This document shows positions 21,782-30,485 of a stretch of DNA of 64,000 nt, piece by piece. The notes below the pieces were generated by a model that worked only from the letters and a program-made list of their open reading frames with translations, was not told the DNA's origin and ran no database searches. Every line of letters begins with the position of its first letter. The first letter of the stretch is position 1. Location of the stretch: positions 17,150 through 81,149 of the forward strand of contig CAMAPH010000007.1 of NCBI GenBank assembly GCA_945859975.1. The letters run 5' to 3'. Both the position numbers and the translations under genes were made by a program. This DNA comes from Chthonomonas calidirosea. Lineage in GTDB: Bacteria; Armatimonadota; Fimbriimonadia; Fimbriimonadales; Fimbriimonadaceae.

Positions 21782-23356
21782 ATGAGCCTGAACCTTCCCT
21801 TACGTTCCCAACCCGAATCGCCTGAGATTGCGAGCAACGGACTCGAGTTTGTTGACCTAAATCTCGTCAAGCCTGAACACGACGCAATGGCTTTGGCCCC
21901 GGGAGATTTCGCGCTCAAGAATCAGCTTCTCCCCCTGGCCCTTGATGGAGAAATGCTGGTGGTGGCCATGCCGAGCTTGCTTTCGCTGCCGGCAGTTGAC
22001 GATCTCAGCATTTTGGTGCAGCGCCCGGTTCAAGCGGTTCTCGCCGATCCGAACCTCATTAAGCTCAAGATCGAGGAGTTCTTCCTAGAGCGAATTCTGA
22101 GCCAGTTGCCCGGAGAAGAATCCGGCATTGGCGAGCTTGACGACAGCACGGACCTTGCTGACCTTACCAAGATGGCCGGCGAAACGGCCGTCGTCCAGAT
22201 GGCCAACCTGATTTTTGCGCAAGCGGTTCGCGACGGGGCTTCGGACATTCACATCGAGCCGTACGAGCGCGAAGTCAAGGTTCGATATCGCGTGGACGGC
22301 ATGCTGATGGACATGATGCGGCCGCCAAAGCGCATGCACGCCGCCTTGGTTTCGCGACTAAAGATTCTTGGCGAGATGAATATCGCCGAGCGCCGACTAC
22401 CGCAGGATGGACGAATTAAGGTTACGATCGCCGGACGCCAGATTGACGTCCGCGTAAGCATTGTTCCAACCGTCTACGGCGAGCGCGCGGTAATGCGAAT
22501 TTTGGACAAGGGCACGGCGATGCTCGGTCTGGAAGAACTCGGAATGCAGACCGACGTTCTGACCAAGTACCGAAAGCTGATCGATATTCCTTACGGAATC
22601 ATCCTCGCGACGGGTCCTACCGGATCTGGTAAGTCGACTTCCCTTTACGCTTCGCTTCAAGAAATCTGGAGCCCGACCACGAACATCCTCACCATTGAGG
22701 ACCCGGTCGAGTATCAGGTTCCGGGAATCAGCCAGATTCAAGTTCGGTCGGCGATCGGCTTGACCTTCGCTTCGGGACTACGATCCATTGTTCGTCAGGA
22801 CCCTGACGTCATCATGGTTGGCGAAATCCGTGACCAAGAAACGGCAGACATCGCGATCAACGCAGCACTCACCGGTCACTTGGTCTTCAGCACCCTGCAC
22901 ACTAACGACGCGGCCGGTGCCACCACGCGATTGCTCGATATGGGCGTTGAGCCTTACCTTGTTGCATCGTCGCTGATGGGTGTTATCGCCCAGCGACTTT
23001 TGCGCCGAGTTTGTTCCAACTGTGCCGAGGAGTACATGCCGCGCCAAGAGTCGCTCGAAGCAGTGAACATTGACCCAAGCAACATCCCGGCTGGTTCCGT
23101 TTTCCGTCGCGGCGTTGGTTGCGATAAGTGCAACCAGACCGGATACAAGGGTCGACAAGGTTTGTACGAATTGCTTCTCATCGACGAAGAGATTCGCAGA
23201 ATGACGGTCGCCCGACAATCCTCGAACGCGATCAAGTCTTACGCCATCAAGACTCAAAACATGCGGACCTTGCTGGGCGAAGGAAGTCTGGCCGTGTTGG
23301 CCGGAAAGACGACGCCGGAAGAAGTCATGCGCGTCTGCCACCGAGACGAGTTCTAA
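21782..23356 (+). CDS. gspE: type II secretion ATPase
   Basis: ASDIHIEP, GPTGSGKS, TIEDPVE, RQDPDVIMVGEIRD and tetracysteine motif. Confidence 0.92.
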   Translation: MSLNLPLRSQPESPEIASNGLEFVDLNLVKPEHDAMALAPGDFALKNQLLPLALDGEMLVVAMPSLLSLPAVDDLSILVQRPVQAVLADPNLIKLKIEEFFLERILSQLPGEESGIGELDDSTDLADLTKMAGETAVVQMANLIFAQAVRDGASDIHIEPYEREVKVRYRVDGMLMDMMRPPKRMHAALVSRLKILGEMNIAERRLPQDGRIKVTIAGRQIDVRVSIVPTVYGERAVMRILDKGTAMLGLEELGMQTDVLTKYRKLIDIPYGIILATGPTGSGKSTSLYASLQEIWSPTTNILTIEDPVEYQVPGISQIQVRSAIGLTFASGLRSIVRQDPDVIMVGEIRDQETADIAINAALTGHLVFSTLHTNDAAGATTRLLDMGVEPYLVASSLMGVIAQRLLRRVCSNCAEEYMPRQESLEAVNIDPSNIPAGSVFRRGVGCDKCNQTGYKGRQGLYELLLIDEEIRRMTVARQSSNAIKSYAIKTQNMRTLLGEGSLAVLAGKTTPEEVMRVCHRDEF

Positions 23357-23357
23357 G

Positions 23358-24563
23358 ATGTCGACTTTTGCCTACACCGCCCTGGAGCCGACTGGCAAAC
23401 GCAAGTCGGGCTTTGTCGATGCGGCCAATCTCGAAGCTGCAAAGGCGCAGATTGCTGCCGAGGGCCGATTTGTTGTCGATATCCAGGAAAAGCGAGTTGC
23501 CGCACCGGCTAATTCGGGACAAAAGAAGAAGGTCAGCAAGTCCGATCTTGCTTTGTTCACGCGACGAATGGCGGACTTGGCTTCGGCCGGCTTGCCTCTG
23601 GACCGCGTTTTGCAGGTTGTCTCAGAGCAGTCGGAGAGTTCCACGCTGTCCGAAGTAGCCCAGCAGGCGCTCGATGACGTCCGCGGTGGTTTGCCGGTTT
23701 CAGACGCCCTGGCCAAGCATCCTAAGCTGTTCCCCGTCATTTACACCCAGACCCTGAAATCTGGTGAAGCCAGCGGTCAGTTCCCTGAAGTTGCCACCCG
23801 ACTTGCGGAGTTTCAGGAAACCGAAGTCGCACGTCGGAGCCAGGTAACAAGTGCATTGGTATATCCGAGCATCTTGGCTTTTGTCGCCCTCGGCGTGATC
23901 ATCTTCATGCTCACCTTCGTTGTGCCGCGACTCGCAGGCATCTTTAAGGATCTTGGCGATAACCTGCCAGCGACGACGAAGATCCTGCTTGCCACCACGG
24001 GATTCCTCACCAACAACTACATCGCCATTTTTATCGGCATCGGCGTAACGTACTTTGCCTACCGAGCCTGGGTTCAAACCGACCAGGGCGCGCTGACCCG
24101 AGATAAGTTCTTCTTGAATGCTCCCGTCATTGGCCCGGTTGTAAAGAAGGCAACGGTCTCTCGATTTGCCCGCGTCCTTGGCACCCTGGTTTACGGCGGC
24201 GTTCCGATTCTTCAGGCCCTGGACCTCGCCGGATTGGCTGCTGGCAACCGAGTTTTCTTGAAATCGGCCCAGGCCGTGCAGGACGATGTGCGAGATGGCA
24301 GACCGATAGCGGACGCCATGCGAGACACCGGAGCTTTCCCGCCCGTCCTCACCAACATGGTAGCGGTCGGCGAAGAAACGGGTGATCTTCCGAAGATGCT
24401 TGGCCGAGTGTCCGACTCCCTCGATTTTGAAGTGGATAACGGCATGCGCCGACTCACAGCGTTGGTTGAGCCAGCCATCGTTCTCATCATGGGCGTGTTT
24501 GTAGGGTTCGTGGTTTTGTCCGTCCTCCTGCCCATTTTCGCCGCCCAAGACCTGGCTAAATAA
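23358..24563 (+). CDS. gspF: type II secretion inner-membrane platform protein
   Basis: GEASG, ALVYP, VGEETG and LVEP motifs; three TM segments. Confidence 0.92.
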   Translation: MSTFAYTALEPTGKRKSGFVDAANLEAAKAQIAAEGRFVVDIQEKRVAAPANSGQKKKVSKSDLALFTRRMADLASAGLPLDRVLQVVSEQSESSTLSEVAQQALDDVRGGLPVSDALAKHPKLFPVIYTQTLKSGEASGQFPEVATRLAEFQETEVARRSQVTSALVYPSILAFVALGVIIFMLTFVVPRLAGIFKDLGDNLPATTKILLATTGFLTNNYIAIFIGIGVTYFAYRAWVQTDQGALTRDKFFLNAPVIGPVVKKATVSRFARVLGTLVYGGVPILQALDLAGLAAGNRVFLKSAQAVQDDVRDGRPIADAMRDTGAFPPVLTNMVAVGEETGDLPKMLGRVSDSLDFEVDNGMRRLTALVEPAIVLIMGVFVGFVVLSVLLPIFAAQDLAK

Positions 24564-24614
24564 CCCAACTGAACAATGAAACTTTCTCGACGACTACCCA
24601 CTACACAGAACGAC

Positions 24615-25049
24615 ATGAAGATCAACCGAACTCACAAACTCCGCGGTTTTACGCTCATCGAATTGATGGTCGTCATCTTGATCATCGCGATTTTGGCGGC
24701 CTTGGTTGTGCCGAAAATCGTGGGTCGAGGCAGCGATGCAAAGATCTCGGCGGCAAAGGCCAACATTTCCACGCTCAGTAGCTCGATCAACGCGTTCCGC
24801 TTGGATACGGGCCGCTACCCAACCACGGAAGAGGGTTTGTCGGTTCTTCGAATTCCACCGAACGACGTTCAGAACTGGAAGGGACCTTATACGAGCAAGG
24901 ACATTTCAAACGACCCTTGGGGCAATCCGTACATCTACGAGTACCCAGGTCCGTTCGGCGCTGAGTCCTTTAACATCATCACCTACGGAGCCGATGGCCA
25001 GCCAGGTGGTGAAGGCGAAGCCGCGGATGTGAGCGAGGAAGAGCTATAA
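24615..25049 (+). CDS. gspG: major pseudopilin
   Basis: RG-FTLIELMVV prepilin site, GRYPTTEEGL, WKGPY, DPWGNPY and YGADG. Confidence 0.93.
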   Translation: MKINRTHKLRGFTLIELMVVILIIAILAALVVPKIVGRGSDAKISAAKANISTLSSSINAFRLDTGRYPTTEEGLSVLRIPPNDVQNWKGPYTSKDISNDPWGNPYIYEYPGPFGAESFNIITYGADGQPGGEGEAADVSEEEL

Positions 25050-25543
25050 GCCGAAGAGCCTTCACTCTTCTCGAGCTATCCACCGTTGTCCTCATCCTCC
25101 TCGTTTTGGTATCCACCGTCGCACCGCAGGTGATGGCGTGGGAACGAGGTCGAATCGAACGCAAGTTCATTGGGGACCTCGTTCGGTTGCCCCGAGAGAC
25201 TAAAACGGCCGCCGTTAACGCCAGCGAAGAACGGTCGATCCGGTACGACGCCGCAACTCGTAAGTTCGAAGTGCAGGGCGAGCAATTCGTTGCCGAGATT
25301 CCGAATGACACCGTGACCATCACGGTGCTGAAGGATGGCAACGATGACGTGTCGGAGAGCGACTGGGAGCTAACGTGCTTCCCTGACGGAACGTGTAAGC
25401 CGGGCGGTTTACAGCTATCGATTGACGGACGTACGTTCTTCATTTCGGTCAGCAAGAACGGCGATGTCACGACGGGTGACACTGAACTCCCGCCGTTTGA
25501 AGATGAGTCATGGTCCGCTGGAGAAATTGAAACTCGTGGTTAA
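25046..25543 (+). CDS. minor pseudopilin (GspH-like), probable ATA start
   Basis: In-frame SRRA-FTLLELSTVVLIL prepilin motif lies upstream of the track's TTG start (25106). Confidence 0.75.
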   Translation: MSRRAFTLLELSTVVLILLVLVSTVAPQVMAWERGRIERKFIGDLVRLPRETKTAAVNASEERSIRYDAATRKFEVQGEQFVAEIPNDTVTITVLKDGNDDVSESDWELTCFPDGTCKPGGLQLSIDGRTFFISVSKNGDVTTGDTELPPFEDESWSAGEIETRG

Positions 25544-25916
25544 GAAACGCGGATTCACGCTGATCGAGGTGCTGGTGGCCATCATTTTGCTGGGCACCGG
25601 GATCGCTGCCGTGAGTCTTGCCCTCGGTAATGTGGCGCGAAACGCAGCTCGGATAGAAGAGAGCGCTTCCCTTAACCGACTTGCGGCGCGAAAGCTGGAT
25701 GAGTTGGTGGCGACCGGCGAAGCGACCAATGGAAACGCTTCTGGAACATTTGAAGAAGAAGGATTTCCAAACGTGAACTGGGCCATCACTTCGGAGCCAT
25801 CCGGGGTTGAAAACCTCAATACGATCACGATAACGGTCTCGAAAGAAGCGAACGACGAAACCGGAAAGCAAATTTCAACTCTCGTGTTTGTGCCGCCGGT
25901 GGAGGAGGAAGCTTGA
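25536..25916 (+). CDS. minor pseudopilin (GspI-like)
   Basis: KKRG-FTLIEVLVA; GTG start overlaps the previous gene's end. Confidence 0.8.
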   Translation: MVKKRGFTLIEVLVAIILLGTGIAAVSLALGNVARNAARIEESASLNRLAARKLDELVATGEATNGNASGTFEEEGFPNVNWAITSEPSGVENLNTITITVSKEANDETGKQISTLVFVPPVEEEA

Positions 25917-26635
25917 GAAACCGCAGGATTCAGGGGTTGACCTTGATTGAAGTCTTGGTGGTTGTAGCGATCACCGGACTGCTTACGGTCTATGCCGCCC
26001 AGGCTCTCATTTCTGGTGCGGATTACGAGCGACGTATCCGTGAAGCCAGTTCGCGACAGCGCTCCGATGTCGAGTTGGAGAACGATCTTCGAATCTTCAT
26101 CGAATCCGCGTTTCTCTCCCTTGAAAACACGCAAACGACATTCTTTGTGGGATCGGAAGGTTTGCTAAACCAAGGCGAAGGCGGAAGTAATGCCGACACG
26201 CTCACTTTCACCCGGGTCGGGACTCGCCTTTCTTCCGATGCGCTGGATTACGATGACTTCGAACTCGCAAATGAGGAGATCGGCACCGTTGGCGGCACGG
26301 AAGAAGTGACCCTATCGCTCTCGCCAACCGGCTCAGCGAGCGGAAAGACCGGCTTGTTTGTTCGCCAGCAGAACCCGGCCGACGGTGACCCGTCGCAAGG
26401 CGGAACCGAGCGAGTTTTGAACGCGAACGTCACCAGCATTAGCTACGAGTTCTGGGATGGCGCTACTTGGCAGACGGTTTGGGATACGCGAAGCCAGGGC
26501 ACGGCTCGACTTCCGGCCGCCGTACGCATTACGTACCGGCTTTCAAACAGCGAAACCGATCGAATTGTCACGCTTCGACTCCGTAACAGCGATGTGACGC
26601 AAGACAACCCAGTGGAACAGGAGCAAATCGGATGA
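25913..26635 (+). CDS. minor pseudopilin (GspJ-like)
   Basis: QG-LTLIEVLVV, FWDGATWQTVWD and LPAAVRI. Confidence 0.82.
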   Translation: MRNRRIQGLTLIEVLVVVAITGLLTVYAAQALISGADYERRIREASSRQRSDVELENDLRIFIESAFLSLENTQTTFFVGSEGLLNQGEGGSNADTLTFTRVGTRLSSDALDYDDFELANEEIGTVGGTEEVTLSLSPTGSASGKTGLFVRQQNPADGDPSQGGTERVLNANVTSISYEFWDGATWQTVWDTRSQGTARLPAAVRITYRLSNSETDRIVTLRLRNSDVTQDNPVEQEQIG

Positions 26636-27918
26636 GACGAAATCGCGGTTCGATCTTTATCTTTGCCCTTGGCGTGATGGTTGTTCTCATCGGGGTGCTC
26701 GCGAGCACGGTGGCGACACAACGCGCCTTTGCCCAACAGGTGACCCAAGAGAGCGAGTTGATTGAAGCTCGGATCGCCGCCTACGCGGGAATCGAACGAG
26801 CTCGACAGACGCTGCAAGAAGTTGCGGACCTCACCTCGGATTCAGGAACCGGAACGACCGGACAGACCAGCACGGCAACCACCCTCAACGACACGTGGGC
26901 CACGCTGGGCAACAATGGCGACGAGAATTTTGTCCTCGGTGGATCCACTTTCCGAATTCAAGTGCTCGATGCTTGCGGATTGATCGATATTAATTCTGCG
27001 ACGGAAGCTCAGCTTCAGAAACTACCGTTGGCGCAGGACCAGATCGAATCTCTGTTGGACTTCCGGGAAGGTAGCTTGGACCCTCGAGCCCTCGGTGCAA
27101 AGGACACGTATTACAACAACCTAGAGACGCCATACAACACCAAGCTGGCCCGGTTTGATACGTTCGACGAACTCCTTCACGTCAAGGGCTTTACTGCACA
27201 ATCGCTTTATGAGCCGAGCGAGAACACTTCTGGCTCCGACTTGGTGCCAGGACGCAACGGTGCGCTGCCAGTCTTGTACGACCTACTCACCGCAAATGCG
27301 TACTCGCCAAACTCGCGACCTGACGGCACGGCACGCGTAAACATCAACGCTCAAGGAACAACGGCGCAGACGCTCCAGCAGCCACCCATCAGCATTCCCG
27401 TGAACATCGCGATTCAAATTGCGGCGAGGAAAAACTGGGGCGGCATCGGTGAGGTACTTGCGTTGCCGGGTGCGCAAACGGATGACGTGCAGCGATCCGT
27501 GCTGGACTACCTCACCACGAACGGCGCGACTCGCCTTACCGGAAAGATCAACCTCAACACCGCTAGCGAGAGTGTTCTGAGCTCGGTTCCAGACCTGACG
27601 CCGGACATGGTGCAGGCCATTCTTCAACGGCAATCTCAGACGTTCACCACTTTGAGCGAACTGACTTCAATTCCAGGCATGACGGGACAGGCATTACAGT
27701 CCGCCGCCAACGTTTTCACCGTTCAGTCCCAAACGTTCTTGGTCCGCGTCATCGGTCGACACGGATCTCAACGGTACGGAGTCGAGGCCATCATCGAAAT
27801 ACGAAACAACATTCCCACCGTCGTTGCCATTCAAAGTCCGCCCTTTACGGACATGCGATCGCGATGGTATTGGCAGGACGAAACCACGACCGAAGTCGTG
27901 CTGAAAGAGGCTCAATGA
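26632..27918 (+). CDS. gspK: minor pseudopilin GspK
   Basis: RG-SIFIFAL, IDINSA, DELLHVKG, KINLNTAS and HhH-like repeats. Confidence 0.85.
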   Translation: MRRNRGSIFIFALGVMVVLIGVLASTVATQRAFAQQVTQESELIEARIAAYAGIERARQTLQEVADLTSDSGTGTTGQTSTATTLNDTWATLGNNGDENFVLGGSTFRIQVLDACGLIDINSATEAQLQKLPLAQDQIESLLDFREGSLDPRALGAKDTYYNNLETPYNTKLARFDTFDELLHVKGFTAQSLYEPSENTSGSDLVPGRNGALPVLYDLLTANAYSPNSRPDGTARVNINAQGTTAQTLQQPPISIPVNIAIQIAARKNWGGIGEVLALPGAQTDDVQRSVLDYLTTNGATRLTGKINLNTASESVLSSVPDLTPDMVQAILQRQSQTFTTLSELTSIPGMTGQALQSAANVFTVQSQTFLVRVIGRHGSQRYGVEAIIEIRNNIPTVVAIQSPPFTDMRSRWYWQDETTTEVVLKEAQ

Positions 27919-29171
27919 GTAAACAACAAACCACGCCATCTCTGGTCATTGAATGGTCCTCGCGCGGCTTGCGAACCTACGATGCCCTAAACGGGACCTC
28001 CGGGCAAACCTTGGATGGACTCAGCGGACGCGAGGCTGTGCTGGCTTTGGGACGTCGTACGGCGTTTCTGAAGACCGCCTATCTGCCTTCCACCTCGGAA
28101 GCCGATTTGCGGCTCATTGTTCAAATGCGAGCCGCCGAGTTTCTTCCGCTGCCGGGAGACCAAATCGCTTTCTCGGTCAACCCCACTGCTCAGCTAGCGG
28201 AGGGTGGTCGACTCAGCCAGATTGGTGCGGTAGCCATTAATGAGCTCCGCGCGGCGATGAGTCAACTAGCAACTGCAGGCATCAAGGTAAAGCTGATTAC
28301 CATCGCGGCCGTCGGATCAGAAAAGCTCGCCGCGACAAACGGATTCTCAAATGTTGCCGTGGTTCAGCAGACCTCCGACGGGATCGCGGTGGACATCATT
28401 GCCGAAGGGACACTTCGGTACTCCCGCGTCGTGAGTCCGGGTTCAGACCTAGAGGGTGAGATTTGTCGAACCTTCACCGTTGCTGGACAACCATGCGGAT
28501 CGGTGATTGCGGCGGGTGGCCTGCCTTACCCCGACGCAGACCGCGCCATTTCAAATCATTCGCTCGAATCTCTCGCTAACGCGGCTTGGCCTTCCCTGGT
28601 TATCGAGCTCCCAGAAGCGCGCGAAAAACGGGAAAAGGAAGCCAAACAGTCGGTTACACGTCAAGCCCTGTTGCTTGGTGCAGCGACGCTTGCACTCGGT
28701 GTCTACGCCTATTCCGATTGGGACGAGAAGCAGGTTGCGGAGAACAAGGAGAAATCTCGTTACGCCAGCCGAATCAAGAAACTAGAGGCAGCTAAGAAGG
28801 TGATTGAGGCCGATTTGACGAAGGTGACAACCCTCGAGTCCGCGCTTCAGCGGGCGTTCCAGCCGGCGCAGAAGTTTAGCGACGTGATCAAGGTGATTAC
28901 TTCGGAAGTACCGGCAAAGGTTTGGCTGTCCGGAATCACCGTCGAGCGAGGCAAGCAACTGCAGCTTCGTGGCACGGCAATGGATGGTGCTGCCGTGGCC
29001 GACTACGTTCGGCGCCTTACGGGTCAGCGAAGATTCCGAGACGTCAAGTTAGTGTTTGCAAATAACGCAGAGATTGATAAGAAGCCGGTGGTGCAGTTCA
29101 GCATCTCCGCCTTCCCGGTTGGAAATCTGCCGGTTGTTGAACCGCCCAAGGGCCGAGGAGTAAAGAAGTAA
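27915..29171 (+). CDS. GspL/PilM-PilN-like assembly protein
   Basis: Cytoplasmic N-terminal domain, single TM, coiled coil and PilN-like C-terminus (VWLSGI...LRGTA); ATGA overlap with gspK. Confidence 0.75.
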   Translation: MSKQQTTPSLVIEWSSRGLRTYDALNGTSGQTLDGLSGREAVLALGRRTAFLKTAYLPSTSEADLRLIVQMRAAEFLPLPGDQIAFSVNPTAQLAEGGRLSQIGAVAINELRAAMSQLATAGIKVKLITIAAVGSEKLAATNGFSNVAVVQQTSDGIAVDIIAEGTLRYSRVVSPGSDLEGEICRTFTVAGQPCGSVIAAGGLPYPDADRAISNHSLESLANAAWPSLVIELPEAREKREKEAKQSVTRQALLLGAATLALGVYAYSDWDEKQVAENKEKSRYASRIKKLEAAKKVIEADLTKVTTLESALQRAFQPAQKFSDVIKVITSEVPAKVWLSGITVERGKQLQLRGTAMDGAAVADYVRRLTGQRRFRDVKLVFANNAEIDKKPVVQFSISAFPVGNLPVVEPPKGRGVKK

Positions 29172-29755
29172 TGAACTTTCGAAATCAGCAGCATTTGGTG
29201 CCAAAGATCGTATCTGCCCTATGCCTTGTACTTCTCATTGGTCTCCTCGGATTTGTACTGTTTGCGCCAAAGCCGAGTAAGCGAGGAGTTGCGAGCCGAC
29301 AACGACAGAAGGAAGTTGGCATCCTCTCGGAGACAAATGAAGCGAGAGACCGCATTAAGGAAGCCTCGACCTTCGCGGACGACAAACTGTGGAAGGGCGA
29401 TGAACAAAATCTCGCTCCGGCCGCACTTGCGGTCGTGAACCGTCTCGTTTCTGAATCAAAGCTGAAGATGATTCGATTCCAGCCCCAAAAAACCGCGGCG
29501 GCGGGTGAACTGAATCAGGTTCCGTTCGTCCTTACCGTAGAAGGGTCGTACCTGGACACGCTTAAATTGACCGAATCGCTTGAGAAACCGGAGAATAAGT
29601 TTGTGGTGAACCTAGTTCAGATCGCATCTGCCGATCCGAACAGTGACGCCGTCACCGGTACTATCGGGTTATCGGCATTCATTAAGCCGCCTCTTCCCGA
29701 CTCGCCGCCCGCACTGACCGTTCCAAAGAAGGAGACCCGTAATGGCAACAGCTGA
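29171..29755 (+). CDS. GspM/PilO-like protein
   Basis: N-terminal TM, coiled coil, LTVEGSY ferredoxin-like region; operon position. Confidence 0.7.
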   Translation: MNFRNQQHLVPKIVSALCLVLLIGLLGFVLFAPKPSKRGVASRQRQKEVGILSETNEARDRIKEASTFADDKLWKGDEQNLAPAALAVVNRLVSESKLKMIRFQPQKTAAAGELNQVPFVLTVEGSYLDTLKLTESLEKPENKFVVNLVQIASADPNSDAVTGTIGLSAFIKPPLPDSPPALTVPKKETRNGNS

Positions 29756-30485
29756 GCGTAAAAAACCAAGCATCGTTGTTTGGGCGGGCATTGTTGCTGC
29801 GGTCGTCGTGATTTACGTTTACGCGACTGAAGAAACCCCGGTGGTGGCCAAGAAATCCGGCCGTCCCGTAAGCCGAGCGTCTACAGTCTCAAAGGGTGGC
29901 TTCTTGCCGATCGACTACACGGCGAAGTTCGATTCCGTGACGAGTCCAGCAAAGAACGCCTTTAAGCCGCTGGTCATGAAGACCGACATTAGAGAAACGG
30001 TCCCAACGAAAGACAATGGAATTCCCATTGCCTTTACCGGCGGAGAGCCGAATTGGATTTTCACCGGTTCTGCTACCGTGGATGGAACGCCCAACGGACT
30101 GTTGGAAAACACGTCGACGGGAGAAGGAGTTTTTCTTGTATCGGGAGAGCGCTGGAAGACTTCGCGCGTACTAACCATTACAAAGGACGAAATTGTGATG
30201 CAAGGCCCCGAGGGTGATGCACGAACGATCAAGATGGAAACCGAAGAAGCAAGCTCCGATACGAGAACCGCTTCGGTGACCCCACTACCATTGCCGATGC
30301 CTGGCCAGCTAAACGCGCAACCGATGGCGCAAGGCGGAAACCCAGGGGGTCAAATGACCTTCGGACAACCGGGAGCTTTTCCTGGAGCCCCTGGTAACGC
30401 ACTTTCGGCACCCGCCGCGGTACCGCAGACCCTTGCGGACCCCAATTTGAACAACAACCAACGGAGAAGAAGACGTGGAAACTAG
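29742..30485 (+). CDS. GspC/PilP-like protein
   Basis: N-terminal TM, NAFKPL, beta-rich HR-like domain and Pro/Gln-rich tail; lies immediately before the secretin. Confidence 0.55.
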   Translation: MATAERKKPSIVVWAGIVAAVVVIYVYATEETPVVAKKSGRPVSRASTVSKGGFLPIDYTAKFDSVTSPAKNAFKPLVMKTDIRETVPTKDNGIPIAFTGGEPNWIFTGSATVDGTPNGLLENTSTGEGVFLVSGERWKTSRVLTITKDEIVMQGPEGDARTIKMETEEASSDTRTASVTPLPLPMPGQLNAQPMAQGGNPGGQMTFGQPGAFPGAPGNALSAPAAVPQTLADPNLNNNQRRRRRGN

